Assembly: GCA_038748065.1 (NCBI GenBank)
Contig: JBCDJG010000008.1
Location: forward strand, 35,548-99,547
Direction: 5' to 3'
DNA length: 64,000 nucleotides
From: Pseudomonadota bacterium
GTDB taxonomy: Bacteria > Pseudomonadota > Gammaproteobacteria > Pseudomonadales > Halieaceae
Shown here in pieces: positions 28,358 to 37,680 of this stretch. The notes under the pieces were generated by a model. That model did no database searches and was not told the origin of the DNA. It was given only the letters and a program-made list of their open reading frames with translations. Each line of letters opens with the position of its first letter. Position 1 is the first letter of the stretch. Position numbers and translations under genes: made by a program.

Positions 28358-29344
28358 CTAGTCAGACGCGTGCTTGGAAGATGGCAGCGGATAGCAATCG
28401 AGGTCATCCGCGAAGGCCACGTCACCGGCATAAAACTCACGAATAACCCCGAGCGTCTCAGACGTCCTGCCCAAAGTCCGCTGCATGCGATGCGACAAGA
28501 CCACCTGCTTTACCCCGGACTGCGCCGCTACGCGGCCTATCTCGTCAGGCGGCATATGCAGTTGACGCGCGGCGCCGCTCGCTCCCTCAGGCACCGCGTT
28601 GTGAGCCACCAGTACATCAGCACCCTGGCTCAGACGGGACAATGCATTGCCGCGGTTGCTGGTGTCGCCGCTGAATACAAGGCCGCTACCTGCGATATCG
28701 ACACGCCAGGCCAATGCCGGTAGAGGTCCATGATGGACAGGGATGGCGGCAATCTCGATACCGTCTGTGAGCTCGACGCGCGTTAGCTCGATCGGCTCAA
28801 GGGCAACGTCGACGGCTTTGATCAGGAAACCCTGAGCTGCCCGCTGCTGGTCTGCGTCTGCAGCAAGGTAATCGCTGAGGTAAGGATAGATGCCCTGCTC
28901 GCCAATCAGACCGGCGATAAATGCGCTGGCGGCTGGCATCCTGGCATTACCTGCTGGACCATAGACAGGCAGCGCCTTACGCCGGCCCGAGAAGTAACTC
29001 CCCTTGACGAGGGCCGCAAAATCACTGCTATGGTCCGTATGGAAATGGGTGAAAAGCACGGCGTCCAGATCGTTGATCGACGCACCCGCTTGCTCAAAGC
29101 GCAGGCTGCTGCCGCTGCCTGCATCAACCATCAAGACACTGCGGCCCTGCCACCAGATCAGGTAGCTGGAGGATGCGCGCCCGTCATCCAGCTCTGGCCC
29201 GCCGGAGCCTAAGACTTGCAGCGCAAGTTCAGCCTGCTGGCCGCAGGGGGCGCCTTGCGCGGACCAGGTATTGAGCGATGCGCCAAGGCAAAGCCAGCCC
29301 AACACAGTGATTCTTGCGATGAACTCGCACCCGCTTGCGCCCAC
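28358..29344 (-). CDS. MBL-fold metallo-hydrolase, secreted
   Basis: 328 aa with the HxHxDH motif (FTHFHTDHSSD) and an N-terminal signal-like segment. The start is a GTG. Confidence 0.8.
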   Translation of the reverse strand: MGASGCEFIARITVLGWLCLGASLNTWSAQGAPCGQQAELALQVLGSGGPELDDGRASSSYLIWWQGRSVLMVDAGSGSSLRFEQAGASINDLDAVLFTHFHTDHSSDFAALVKGSYFSGRRKALPVYGPAGNARMPAASAFIAGLIGEQGIYPYLSDYLAADADQQRAAQGFLIKAVDVALEPIELTRVELTDGIEIAAIPVHHGPLPALAWRVDIAGSGLVFSGDTSNRGNALSRLSQGADVLVAHNAVPEGASGAARQLHMPPDEIGRVAAQSGVKQVVLSHRMQRTLGRTSETLGVIREFYAGDVAFADDLDCYPLPSSKHASD

Positions 29345-29392
29345 TTCGCCTCCCCATTCGCCGTGACCCGACTATTGAAGATCAAGTGCGCC

Positions 29393-29432
29393 GCTTAGGG
29401 CAAGCCCGCATTGCTTAGGGCAAGCCCGCATT
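29393..29432. repeat. Perfect 20-bp tandem duplication (GCTTAGGGCAAGCCCGCATT x2)
   Basis: Read directly from the sequence in the divergent intergenic region between the MBL hydrolase and PepSY genes. Confidence 0.9.
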
Positions 29433-29533
29433 TAGGATGAACAGTTCTTGTGCGAGGTAGCATCGAGCACCCCATAGGCCAAAGCCACAGATCGCTGTAA
29501 ACTTTCAGGCGCTTTCGTACAGGCAATACCGCG

Positions 29534-30763
29534 GTGAGACGTAAACTCTGGTTTAACTGGCACAGCTGGGCCGGCTTCAAATTCAGCATCTTGATGAGCT
29601 TTGTGCTCATCACTGGCACGCTCGCCACGGTCTCGATGGAGATCGATTGGTTGGTAAACCCTGCGCTGCGCGCGCAGCACGGGCAGCCAGACAGCATAAA
29701 CTGGGGGGAGATCCACGCTAGCGCGCGCGCGGCCTACCCCAACAGCGAGCTGATGTTCATGTCCGCGCCCTATGCGCCCTGGTTCAACGCCGAAGTAACC
29801 GCCAGGGATACACAGGACAAGCCCTTCCGCATTTATGTCGACCCGGTCACCCACACCGTCACCGGTGACGGGCCATGGAATAATTGGCAGCGTTTTTTCC
29901 GCCAGACACATCGGCACCTGATGCTGCCGACCCAGATTGGCATCACTATCGTCGGCCTGCTGGCGATCCCGCTGTTCATCTCTTTCTTTTCCAGCTTTTT
30001 CATTTACAAGCGCTGGTGGCGAGGCTTCTTCAAGTGGCCGCAGCGCGAGACGACACGCTTTCGGGCCAACCCCGTGCGCAGGTCCCGCAGCTTCTGGGGA
30101 GACATGCACCGTATACTGGGCATCTGGAGCCTGTGGTTCATTTTCCTGATGGCCGTTACCGGCAGCTGGTATCTTGTGGAACGCTGGGGCGGGGCGGCTG
30201 GTTTCGAGCGGATTGGCGGGGAGACTCTCCCGCCCCAGGTGACGGTGTCCGGCGAGCGTCTGAATCAGCTGGCAGCTGTTGCGAAAGCGCAGTACCCCCA
30301 GCTGGACATCCAACACATCCGTCTCAATACGCAAGAGAATGCTCACATCATGTTCCAGGGCGAGGCCGAAGCGGTGCTGGTACGGCCACGGGCCAACCAG
30401 GTCGCGATTCTGGCGGGCTCTGGCGAAGTGGTCGATATTCGACGCGGTCATGAACTGAGCGTCCATCAACGAATATCGGAAATGGCTGATCCGCTGCATT
30501 TTGGCACTCTAGCCGGCACACCAACGCGAATTATCTGGTTTCTCTTCGGGATCATGATGAGTGCACTGTCATTAAGCGGTATGTATCTCTTTGGGCTACG
30601 GATCGCACGTGCCGAAAAACTACCGGTGAGCCAGCCACCCTCTGTGGCCTGGCGCCTGAGCTGGCGCGATCTGGGTATCGCCTTCCGCTGGACGACAACA
30701 ACACTGGTGTTCGTCACCCTGGCGCTCGGCGCGGTCCTATTCACTATTGAGCCACTCGCCTGA
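29534..30763 (+). CDS. PepSY-associated TM helix protein (PiuB/FoxB-like putative siderophore/iron reductase family)
   Basis: 409 aa. The N-terminus RRKLWFNWHSWAGFKFSILMSFVLITGTLA is typical of the family, and conserved His residues sit in the TM helices. The start is a GTG. The 355-aa antisense ORF was rejected. Confidence 0.85.
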   Translation: MRRKLWFNWHSWAGFKFSILMSFVLITGTLATVSMEIDWLVNPALRAQHGQPDSINWGEIHASARAAYPNSELMFMSAPYAPWFNAEVTARDTQDKPFRIYVDPVTHTVTGDGPWNNWQRFFRQTHRHLMLPTQIGITIVGLLAIPLFISFFSSFFIYKRWWRGFFKWPQRETTRFRANPVRRSRSFWGDMHRILGIWSLWFIFLMAVTGSWYLVERWGGAAGFERIGGETLPPQVTVSGERLNQLAAVAKAQYPQLDIQHIRLNTQENAHIMFQGEAEAVLVRPRANQVAILAGSGEVVDIRRGHELSVHQRISEMADPLHFGTLAGTPTRIIWFLFGIMMSALSLSGMYLFGLRIARAEKLPVSQPPSVAWRLSWRDLGIAFRWTTTTLVFVTLALGAVLFTIEPLA

Positions 30764-30774
30764 GGGAACACGCC

Positions 30775-31266
30775 ATGAGAATTGCGCTACTGCCGTTCAT
30801 CTTACTGCCCGTCTTGATCGCTCACGCTGAGGTCGTCAGGCTCTCTGAACCGGTGGAGGTCGGGGAAGGCTACGAGGTCTTCGGCGCACCGATGCCTGAT
30901 AAGCGTGCTGCACCCAGCCTCGTGGAGCGCATTGAGTCTGGCAAATTCAGCAGCAACGAAAGCCTGCGAGTGAGCACGCAAATTGCTCAGGTCTGCCAGA
31001 AGAAGGGCTGTTTCTTCATTGCAAGCGAAGGCGATGCCTGGGCCAGGGTGACCTTCCGCGACTACGGATTTTTCTTGCCCACCGACAGCACGGGTAAAGC
31101 GGTGACGCTCGAAGGTGAGCTCTCAACTCGCCTACTTTCGCCAGAAGAGGCCGCTCACTACGCCGCGGATTTAGGAGAAGACCCTGATACCGCCGAGGTG
31201 CCCGGCTTCGAATACAACATCGTTGCCACGTCGATCATTGTCTACGATAGCCAAGCTGGCGACTGA
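30775..31266 (+). CDS. DUF4920 domain protein, secreted
   Basis: 163 aa with a signal peptide and the VCQKKGCFF motif typical of DUF4920. It starts 11 nt after the PepSY stop. Confidence 0.7.
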   Translation: MRIALLPFILLPVLIAHAEVVRLSEPVEVGEGYEVFGAPMPDKRAAPSLVERIESGKFSSNESLRVSTQIAQVCQKKGCFFIASEGDAWARVTFRDYGFFLPTDSTGKAVTLEGELSTRLLSPEEAAHYAADLGEDPDTAEVPGFEYNIVATSIIVYDSQAGD

Positions 31267-31323
31267 TCAACGCTTGGAACCTTGCCCATGTATCACGGGC
31301 AGGAACGCGACAGGAGAGTAAGC

Positions 31324-32445
31324 ATGAGCCACCAGACGGAGAGCCGACGGGCATTACGCGAGTTCATTGACCTGCTGGAAGAGGTTGATACCCGCTGGGC
31401 CAGCGAAGAATGGAATCTGCACAGCGAAGGTGACATCGCTGCAGCCCACCGCGCCCTGATGCATCTGATCGACGGCGGGATAGGCACGATGTTTGAGAAT
31501 GACCCCGCCGCGCCCGTGATGCGCCAGATCGTGACGCCGACGCGAAAGTTCACCGGTGACAACGCCGACGCCATATATTTTGATGCGCCTGTCAGCGCCG
31601 ATTACGAGTACCTGGTTCGCGGCAACATGAACGGTGCCGTATACGTCTCCATCACACTGGAGGAAGGCACCGAGGATGGCTCTTTGGGCACGCGAGCCGC
31701 TGACATCATCAACGACAGTCAATTCGACACCGACAACAGCGGCAACTTCGAGATCCGTCTGGGTGGCGCACCCAGCGAGCGCAACCACATGCCGCTGACC
31801 GCCGGGGCATCGCGCATCACCACGCGGCATTACTACGAAAACGCCGTTTGCGCGGCGAAGGATCCGGATGCGATCCCCAGCCTGAGCATCTCCGTACTCA
31901 ATCGGCCAGCGTCACCCCCTCCGCCAGATGACCTCAGCATCGCGGCGGGTATTCGCCGGGCCGCCCAATTTGTGCGCACCCGAACCATCGGCATGCCGCC
32001 AATGGCGCAGACTGCCGGGCAGTTCCCCTTTCTTTCCATCACGCCGAACGAATTTCCGACCCCCTGCCCTCCGGGCGACCTCGGGCTCTCGGCGATCGAT
32101 GCAGCCTACTCGATGGCGCCCTATTTCCTTGGCCCTGACGAAGCCCTGGTAATCACAGGTCGCTGGCCCGCATGTCGCATGGCCAACGTGTGCTTGTGGA
32201 CGCGCTTTCAGCAAACCTATGACTACGCGACACGGCAGGTATCACTCAACCGCGCACAAACGCAACTCGAGAGCGACGGTAGCTTTCGTATGGTGTTGGC
32301 TCACCGCGATCCGGGCTGCCCCAACTGGCTCGATACCGAAGGCCGTCCCTTGGGTATTGTGTTCTGGCGCTACTTCTTGCCGGAGGGGGCTGTTGCCACG
32401 CCACAGGCGCGCGTTGTGCCATTCGGGGAGCTTGCGGCGACTTAA
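31324..32445 (+). CDS. DUF1214-like hypothetical protein
   Basis: I prefer the ATG at 31324 (MSHQTE), preceded by AGGAGA. The C-terminal region (NWLDTEGRPLGIVFWRYFLP) resembles DUF1214 proteins. Confidence 0.55.
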   Translation: MSHQTESRRALREFIDLLEEVDTRWASEEWNLHSEGDIAAAHRALMHLIDGGIGTMFENDPAAPVMRQIVTPTRKFTGDNADAIYFDAPVSADYEYLVRGNMNGAVYVSITLEEGTEDGSLGTRAADIINDSQFDTDNSGNFEIRLGGAPSERNHMPLTAGASRITTRHYYENAVCAAKDPDAIPSLSISVLNRPASPPPPDDLSIAAGIRRAAQFVRTRTIGMPPMAQTAGQFPFLSITPNEFPTPCPPGDLGLSAIDAAYSMAPYFLGPDEALVITGRWPACRMANVCLWTRFQQTYDYATRQVSLNRAQTQLESDGSFRMVLAHRDPGCPNWLDTEGRPLGIVFWRYFLPEGAVATPQARVVPFGELAAT

Positions 32446-32623
32446 GCCCTGATCAGCTTATCTGTCTCACCACACGGGAGACTATCAAGAGAGTAAATCT
32501 CGCGGGGGTGCTTGCTCTTGCTCGGGCGCGCTCGAACGCGCTCGAACAGCAGGCCCCTTGCAGCAAATGCCAAGGGGTATTAGGATTATCTCACCGTTAA
32601 GACACCCCTGGTCGCCATAGACA

Positions 32624-34288
32624 ATGTCTATCCTGCTCAATCTGCTCAAATGGTCGGTGCGCGGCCTGATCGTGCTGGTTGCGCTTCTCTCGTGCCTGCT
32701 GGTTGTGCTCTATATCGGCGCGCAGCAGTATCCTGAGCCCGGCGGTGAGCCACTAAACAAGCTCCTGCTGACCAATGTCACGGTGATCGACGTCAAGAGC
32801 GGCGAGCTTCTGCCCGAACGGGCCATTCGAATACAGGATGGCAAGATCACCGGCATAGAGCCGGCGAGCACCGCCGAGGCAATGGGCGGTGAAACCACGC
32901 GCGACATGCGGGGCGCCTACGCCATGCCCGGCATGTGGGACATGCACGCGCACCTGGGGCATTTCGCGCTTTACACCGCTGCGCCCGTCACCGCCATGAA
33001 CGGCGTCCTGTATGTCCGGGAATTGGGCTCCGACTGCCTCGGCCAGGGCTGTGCATTTGGTCAAACCATCGAGGAATCCCGCATGATTCAGCGCTGGGCA
33101 GAGCAAGGCACGATACTGTCGCCCATTTTCAGTGAACTGGCCAGCTTCCATATAGCCGGCCGGCGCAAAGGCTACGACGGGCGTTATGGTTACCCGCGGG
33201 AACCGGCTTACCTGGTGCCGACAACGGCCGCTGAGGGTGCAAGGCTTGTGGAGCACATCGCCGATCGGGGCCTGGATTTCATCAAAACCTATAACAGTGT
33301 CGAGCCGGAGGCATATCGCGCCATGCTGCAGTCCGCTTCGCAAAAAACGCTCTACATCGGCGGCCACGTGCCGCGTGGTATCTCACTGGTCGAGGCCGTC
33401 ACCACCGGCCACCGTAGCGTCGAGCATGCGCGGCAGCTGCCGATCGCCTGCAGCCCACTCGGTATGGAATACGTGACTGCCTACGGCGATTGGGCGAGCA
33501 GCGAGGACGAACGTGACGCGCCACCGCTCGACAAGCGCTACGCAGATATTGTGGCGAGCTATGATCCGGCACTGTGCGACGAGGTCATTACCCAGTGGGC
33601 GGCCGTAGACAGCTACTACGTACCCACGCATATTACCCGGCGCGCTGAGGCGGTCGTGCACACCCGGGAATACGAGAGCGACCCGCGCCTCAAGTACGTG
33701 CCGGACGCGGTCGTCTCCACAAGCTGGGCCAACCAGGCAGAGAGCTATGGCGAGCAGTTCAGCGAATTCCCAGAGGATGGCCAGGCTTATTACGACTTCT
33801 TTGAGCATACCGTGCAGCTCACTGGTCGCGCCTACCGAGGCGGTGTCAAAGTCCTGCTGGGCACCGATGTGGGCGATATGCTGGTGTATCCGGGTTTCAG
33901 CTTTGTGGAGGAAGCGATGACTTTCGCTGACGGCGGGATTCCCAACGCAGATATCCTCAGGATCGCAACGCTGGACGCGGCAGTCTTTTCCGGGATGGCA
34001 GAAGAACACGGCAGCATAGAGTCGGGCAAGGCGGCTAACCTGTTCTTCGTCGCAAGCAATCCCCTGGAGGACATCAGCGCTCTCGCGGACATCACGGCGC
34101 TGTACTACCAGGGTGCCTTCTACGATGAGGCGGCCAGGGAAGCGGTGCTGGCTGAAGCCGCAGAAAACGCAGCTGGGGCGACCTTCTATCTGAGACACAC
34201 CTGGCACTTTCTCGATGGCATCATCAAAGGGCTGGGAGCCGATCATGCGGGTGACAGTGAGCCGCTTACCGTCCACCCCGGCCTTTGA
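32624..34288 (+). CDS. Amidohydrolase superfamily protein with N-terminal membrane anchor
   Basis: 554 aa with a TM/signal anchor, an HxH metal motif (GMWDMHAHL) and a late GTD.. / ..D motif region. Confidence 0.8.
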   Translation: MSILLNLLKWSVRGLIVLVALLSCLLVVLYIGAQQYPEPGGEPLNKLLLTNVTVIDVKSGELLPERAIRIQDGKITGIEPASTAEAMGGETTRDMRGAYAMPGMWDMHAHLGHFALYTAAPVTAMNGVLYVRELGSDCLGQGCAFGQTIEESRMIQRWAEQGTILSPIFSELASFHIAGRRKGYDGRYGYPREPAYLVPTTAAEGARLVEHIADRGLDFIKTYNSVEPEAYRAMLQSASQKTLYIGGHVPRGISLVEAVTTGHRSVEHARQLPIACSPLGMEYVTAYGDWASSEDERDAPPLDKRYADIVASYDPALCDEVITQWAAVDSYYVPTHITRRAEAVVHTREYESDPRLKYVPDAVVSTSWANQAESYGEQFSEFPEDGQAYYDFFEHTVQLTGRAYRGGVKVLLGTDVGDMLVYPGFSFVEEAMTFADGGIPNADILRIATLDAAVFSGMAEEHGSIESGKAANLFFVASNPLEDISALADITALYYQGAFYDEAAREAVLAEAAENAAGATFYLRHTWHFLDGIIKGLGADHAGDSEPLTVHPGL

Positions 34289-34319
34289 GCAATCGCTTCT
34301 CCTTCGCGACCTTCAGCCG

Positions 34320-35153
34320 CTAGACAGCAGGGCTAAGCCCGTGATCCACATAACCCAGTGCGGCGAGCCGCTCGAGCTGCGCCGAACTAAAATCGTCCTG
34401 CCAGGGTTTTTGCCGATAGCGACCCACTGATGACGGCGATTTAACCAAGCCCGCGAGGCGATCCAGCTCACTCTCACCTGCCGGAATTGCCAAAAATCCC
34501 AGTATACGAGCGATTTCCTGCCGGGGTTCTTCACAAAGATCCTCAAAGCGAATCACCAACATGCGGCCGTTCATTCGCTCGGCGGCAACCTCGCGGGCAC
34601 GTTCGTTCGCGCGCAGCCAATATTCCAACATGACTTGCGGCGCCACCGAATCATCTTCCACGTAACGCAGCTCAACGCCCAGGCTCGGGCCCCAGTTCTT
34701 GACCTGGTTCTGATTGCCTGAGTAGGCCATGTCCATGCCGTTACGCACGAGGTGCAGGTACTGGAAACCCGGGAAAAAATCAGCTAACTCTGCAAGCCAG
34801 TGAAAGGTGCCGGGCACCTTCCAGCCAGCGCGGCCAGCAAGGCCCAGGTTTTCGCGCCGGGCGAGCAACAGGCCTTCAAAGGCATGAAGAATATTAGGTA
34901 ACAGCGTGTCTCGCCCGTGCTTTGCCAACATCGTCGGTGACAGCAGCTTTTGCCAGGGCGGCCATTCGTAGGCATCACCCGCTTCATTCAATGGGCTGGC
35001 CATGGCGACACCGGCCTGGGAGAGAATTTGCAGAAGCAGCCGGGTACCGCTGCCGCCTACGGCGCCGACGCCAATAGGATCAGGAAGGAGGCTGGCCGAC
35101 GTGCCGCGGTAACTGCAATCGCCATCCAGAACTGCTTGATAAGCCGGTAGCAT
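34320..35153 (-). CDS. Sulfotransferase family protein
   Basis: 277 aa with a PAPS 5'-phosphosulfate-binding loop-like motif (GVGAVGGSGTRLL) and a later R..S region (HLVRNGMDMAYS). Confidence 0.7.
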   Translation of the reverse strand: MLPAYQAVLDGDCSYRGTSASLLPDPIGVGAVGGSGTRLLLQILSQAGVAMASPLNEAGDAYEWPPWQKLLSPTMLAKHGRDTLLPNILHAFEGLLLARRENLGLAGRAGWKVPGTFHWLAELADFFPGFQYLHLVRNGMDMAYSGNQNQVKNWGPSLGVELRYVEDDSVAPQVMLEYWLRANERAREVAAERMNGRMLVIRFEDLCEEPRQEIARILGFLAIPAGESELDRLAGLVKSPSSVGRYRQKPWQDDFSSAQLERLAALGYVDHGLSPAV

Positions 35154-35285
35154 GTGTAAGACAACAGAGCAGGACCTGGTGAAGTGCGTCGCATTTTACT
35201 CGCTCAGGGTATTGGCTACCACCATGACAGCTGCCGGCCGCGGGCGCGAGGCAGGCTGACATCTGCGCGCGAGCAGCCCCGTCGC

Positions 35286-35504
35286 CTAATCGACCTCTAT
35301 AAGACGGATCACCCGGTTTGGACAGTAATCGACAGCGTCTTGAACTTTTTCCCGCAGTGCATCGCCCGGCCTGGCCGTCTTGACTTTAACCTTCGGATAG
35401 CCGGTGTCCATCTCCACGACCTCGAACACCTCGGGGCACTCTTCGGTGCAGACACCGTGACCCTGACACAGCATCATATCGACCTTGATGCGATACCCAG
35501 CCAT
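35286..35504 (-). CDS. Small [3Fe-4S]/[4Fe-4S] ferredoxin (P450 redox partner type)
   Basis: 72 aa with CQGHGVCTEECPEVF plus a distal CP. It begins 9 nt downstream of the P450 stop. Confidence 0.85.
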   Translation of the reverse strand: MAGYRIKVDMMLCQGHGVCTEECPEVFEVVEMDTGYPKVKVKTARPGDALREKVQDAVDYCPNRVIRLIEVD

Positions 35505-35513
35505 ATTGGACTC

Positions 35514-36890
35514 CTAGGCGCTCCGCTTTCGATACTTGAGCACGCAGGGCTCCGCCGGCCGCAGGATCAGTGAAGGCATGATCTCGGCGTAGGTCTCGGA
35601 TGGCCCGGCGAGTTCAAACTCATACTGACTGAGCAAGACCGAGAAAATCACCTTGACCTGCAGCATCGCAAAGGCATTGCCGACGCACTTGCGCTGGCCG
35701 CCGCCGAAGGGGATGAGTGCGAAGGGGTTTTCCGGGTTCGGGCGATAGGGGTCGAAGGTCTCGGCATCGGGGAACTCGGCATCCAGGCGGTGCGCAACGT
35801 AAGGGCAAAGCATGACATTTTTGCCCTTCTCAATGATGTGGCCCTTATATTCGAAGTCCTCAATAACTCGCCGTGTGATGGTATTAAGCGGCGGATGTAC
35901 GCGTAGGGTCTCGCGGATAAAGCCGTCCATCAGCTTCATACGGCGCAGGGATTTCACATCCAGATCGCCCTCCGCCTGCTCATGCGCCTGCTCAATTTCA
36001 GCAACCAGTTCAGCGGCCAACCCAGGATTGCGCGCCAGTTCTACCAGAACCCAGGCCGCCGTGTTGGCGCTGGTGTGGTGACCCGCGAACATAAACCACA
36101 CAATCATGCCGGCGATCTCGCGCGTTAAAAGATGCCTGCCGTCAGCATAGGTCGCATCCATGTACACCTGGAGGAGATCGGGGTGCACTTCCTTATTTGA
36201 ACGACGTCGCTCTACCCGTTCGGAGATCAACTCTTCGAGTCGAGCGCGCGCTGCGTCGCGCGCCTCGTACGCCGCCTTCTGTGCATTGGGGTCCTGCAGG
36301 CCCGCTGCGTCCGCCGCCGCGCCCAGCGTGTGATAGAGGTCCGAAAACTCTTCTGTCAAGGAATAGCGAAAATCAGAGCCCAGCAGGCAGTGTGTCGACG
36401 TCTTGATAGTAAGATCGGTAAAGCCCTCATAGAAATCCATCTCACCGGCTTCATCCCAGTGCGACACCCAGTCGCGCACCTCGCGCGCGATAATTGGCGC
36501 ATAGTGATTCATCTTTTCGCTGGACAGTCCGCGAGAGTGCATGCGCAGCTGCTGCCGCTCGACATCCAAGGGCGCGCCGTACTGAATGCCCTTACCAAAG
36601 ATGGGCACCATGAACTGATAGGCCTCACGCGCGCAGACCTTCTCATCGTCAACACGGAAAACGGCCTCGTGAGCTTCTGGCCCCACCATGAGCACCGTAT
36701 TGATGCCCCCCATGTCGAACTCCGCCAGCTCTCCACATTCCTTGTACGCTCTCTGCAGGAAATACGCCGGGTGCTCGCAGAACTCGGGGAAATGCCCACC
36801 CGCTTCAGGGGCCAGAGCTCCGCTCACAAAGGGCAGGCCACCGGCGCGGACTGCCGTTGCGTCTTTAGTACTCATATCGGTAGCACTCAT
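35514..36890 (-). CDS. Cytochrome P450, CYP51 (sterol 14-alpha-demethylase)-like
   Basis: 458 aa. It has the heme loop FGGGQRKCVGNAF, the I-helix MFAGHHTSANT and the ExxR motif in RETLRVHPP. From memory, the C-terminal MLQVKVIFSVLLSQYEFELA closely resembles M. tuberculosis CYP51. Confidence 0.85.
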   Translation of the reverse strand: MSATDMSTKDATAVRAGGLPFVSGALAPEAGGHFPEFCEHPAYFLQRAYKECGELAEFDMGGINTVLMVGPEAHEAVFRVDDEKVCAREAYQFMVPIFGKGIQYGAPLDVERQQLRMHSRGLSSEKMNHYAPIIAREVRDWVSHWDEAGEMDFYEGFTDLTIKTSTHCLLGSDFRYSLTEEFSDLYHTLGAAADAAGLQDPNAQKAAYEARDAARARLEELISERVERRRSNKEVHPDLLQVYMDATYADGRHLLTREIAGMIVWFMFAGHHTSANTAAWVLVELARNPGLAAELVAEIEQAHEQAEGDLDVKSLRRMKLMDGFIRETLRVHPPLNTITRRVIEDFEYKGHIIEKGKNVMLCPYVAHRLDAEFPDAETFDPYRPNPENPFALIPFGGGQRKCVGNAFAMLQVKVIFSVLLSQYEFELAGPSETYAEIMPSLILRPAEPCVLKYRKRSA

Positions 36891-36947
36891 GCGGGACTCC
36901 CGGGCTCAAGGCCAAGCAAAAACATTTCACTACAAATCTTTTAGCAG

Positions 36948-36985
36948 TATAATTTCGAGCCTGACCTCACAGCAAGGAAGGTCAG
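36948..36985 (+). promoter_or_regulatory. Candidate TetR-gene promoter: TATAAT hexamer (36948-36953) followed by a 7-bp inverted repeat CTGACCT-N11-AGGTCAG (36961-36985) spanning the RBS
   Basis: Read directly from the sequence. It lies in the 96-bp divergent P450/TetR intergenic region. Confidence 0.3.
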
Positions 36986-36986
36986 T

Positions 36987-37676
36987 ATGAACACTGCCAT
37001 GGTACAAATAAATCTGCTGTGGCGCTCCGTTAACCGTCAGGGTACCCGCGGCATGCCTGTTAAACCGGCTCCTTCTACTTCAGATATAGATGCTCTCGGG
37101 CGTCAGGCTGCCAAGAGCAAAGCCACCCAGGATGCCATTCTCCGCGCGGTCATTGGGCTAATCAATGAGGAGGGCTTCGCCGCCGCCAGTTCCACGCGCA
37201 TTGCTAAACGCGCAGGTGTGACCTGGGGCGCGGTACAGCACCATTTCGGCAGTAAGGAAGACATTCTCGAGGAGGTGCTACAACTCTCACACAGCAAGTT
37301 TCACGAAACGCTGAGCGCCAAGCGCTTTACCACAGGTAGCGCAGACGGCCGCGTATCGAAGTATATCGATGCGGCCTGGCAGCACTACCAGGGCGAGGAA
37401 TACATGGCGACCCTGGAAATCCTGCTCGCCACCCGGGGCCACGGCAAGGATTACCACGATCTTTCCATTAGCAGCAGCCGGGCTCAGCATCTGGCCCTCG
37501 GCCGTCGCATTTTCCACGACAGCAAAGCCTCAGACAAAAAGCTGGGAGAAGCCATTTATATCGTGCACTGCATGCTGACGGGCATCCTGGTTGAAATGGC
37601 GCTCGAGCCTGACAGCTTTGGCGCTGGGGTCTTCATTAAACACACCAAGCGTGTCGTGTCAGAGCTGCTGTACTGA
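36987..37676 (+). CDS. TetR family transcriptional regulator
   Basis: 229 aa with the HTH region ILRAVIGLINEEGFAAASSTRIAKRAGVTWGAVQHHFGSKEDIL. AAGGAAGG lies upstream of the ATG. Confidence 0.85.
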   Translation: MNTAMVQINLLWRSVNRQGTRGMPVKPAPSTSDIDALGRQAAKSKATQDAILRAVIGLINEEGFAAASSTRIAKRAGVTWGAVQHHFGSKEDILEEVLQLSHSKFHETLSAKRFTTGSADGRVSKYIDAAWQHYQGEEYMATLEILLATRGHGKDYHDLSISSSRAQHLALGRRIFHDSKASDKKLGEAIYIVHCMLTGILVEMALEPDSFGAGVFIKHTKRVVSELLY

Positions 37677-37680
37677 AACT

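Noticed and set aside
29432-30499. 355-aa minus-strand ORF overlapping the PepSY-TM gene
   Set aside because: The plus-strand frame gives a textbook PepSY-associated TM protein. The antisense frame is Arg/Pro/Ala-rich, as is typical of spurious ORFs in high-GC DNA.
32528-32547. Short tandem repeat GCGCTCGAAC x2 upstream of the amidohydrolase gene
   Set aside because: It is only 10 bp x2 in GC-rich intergenic DNA, which is most simply explained by slippage. Nothing supports a function.
33383-34276. 297-aa minus-strand ORF inside the amidohydrolase gene
   Set aside because: It is a high-GC antisense artefact. The plus frame carries the amidohydrolase metal motifs. The same reasoning applies to 13113-13907, 8227-8841, 6896-7525, 5768-6379, 12239-12856, 17999-18595, 20298-20972, 21180-21815, 28268-28723, 61377-62099 and the many 60-150-aa ORFs nested in larger genes.
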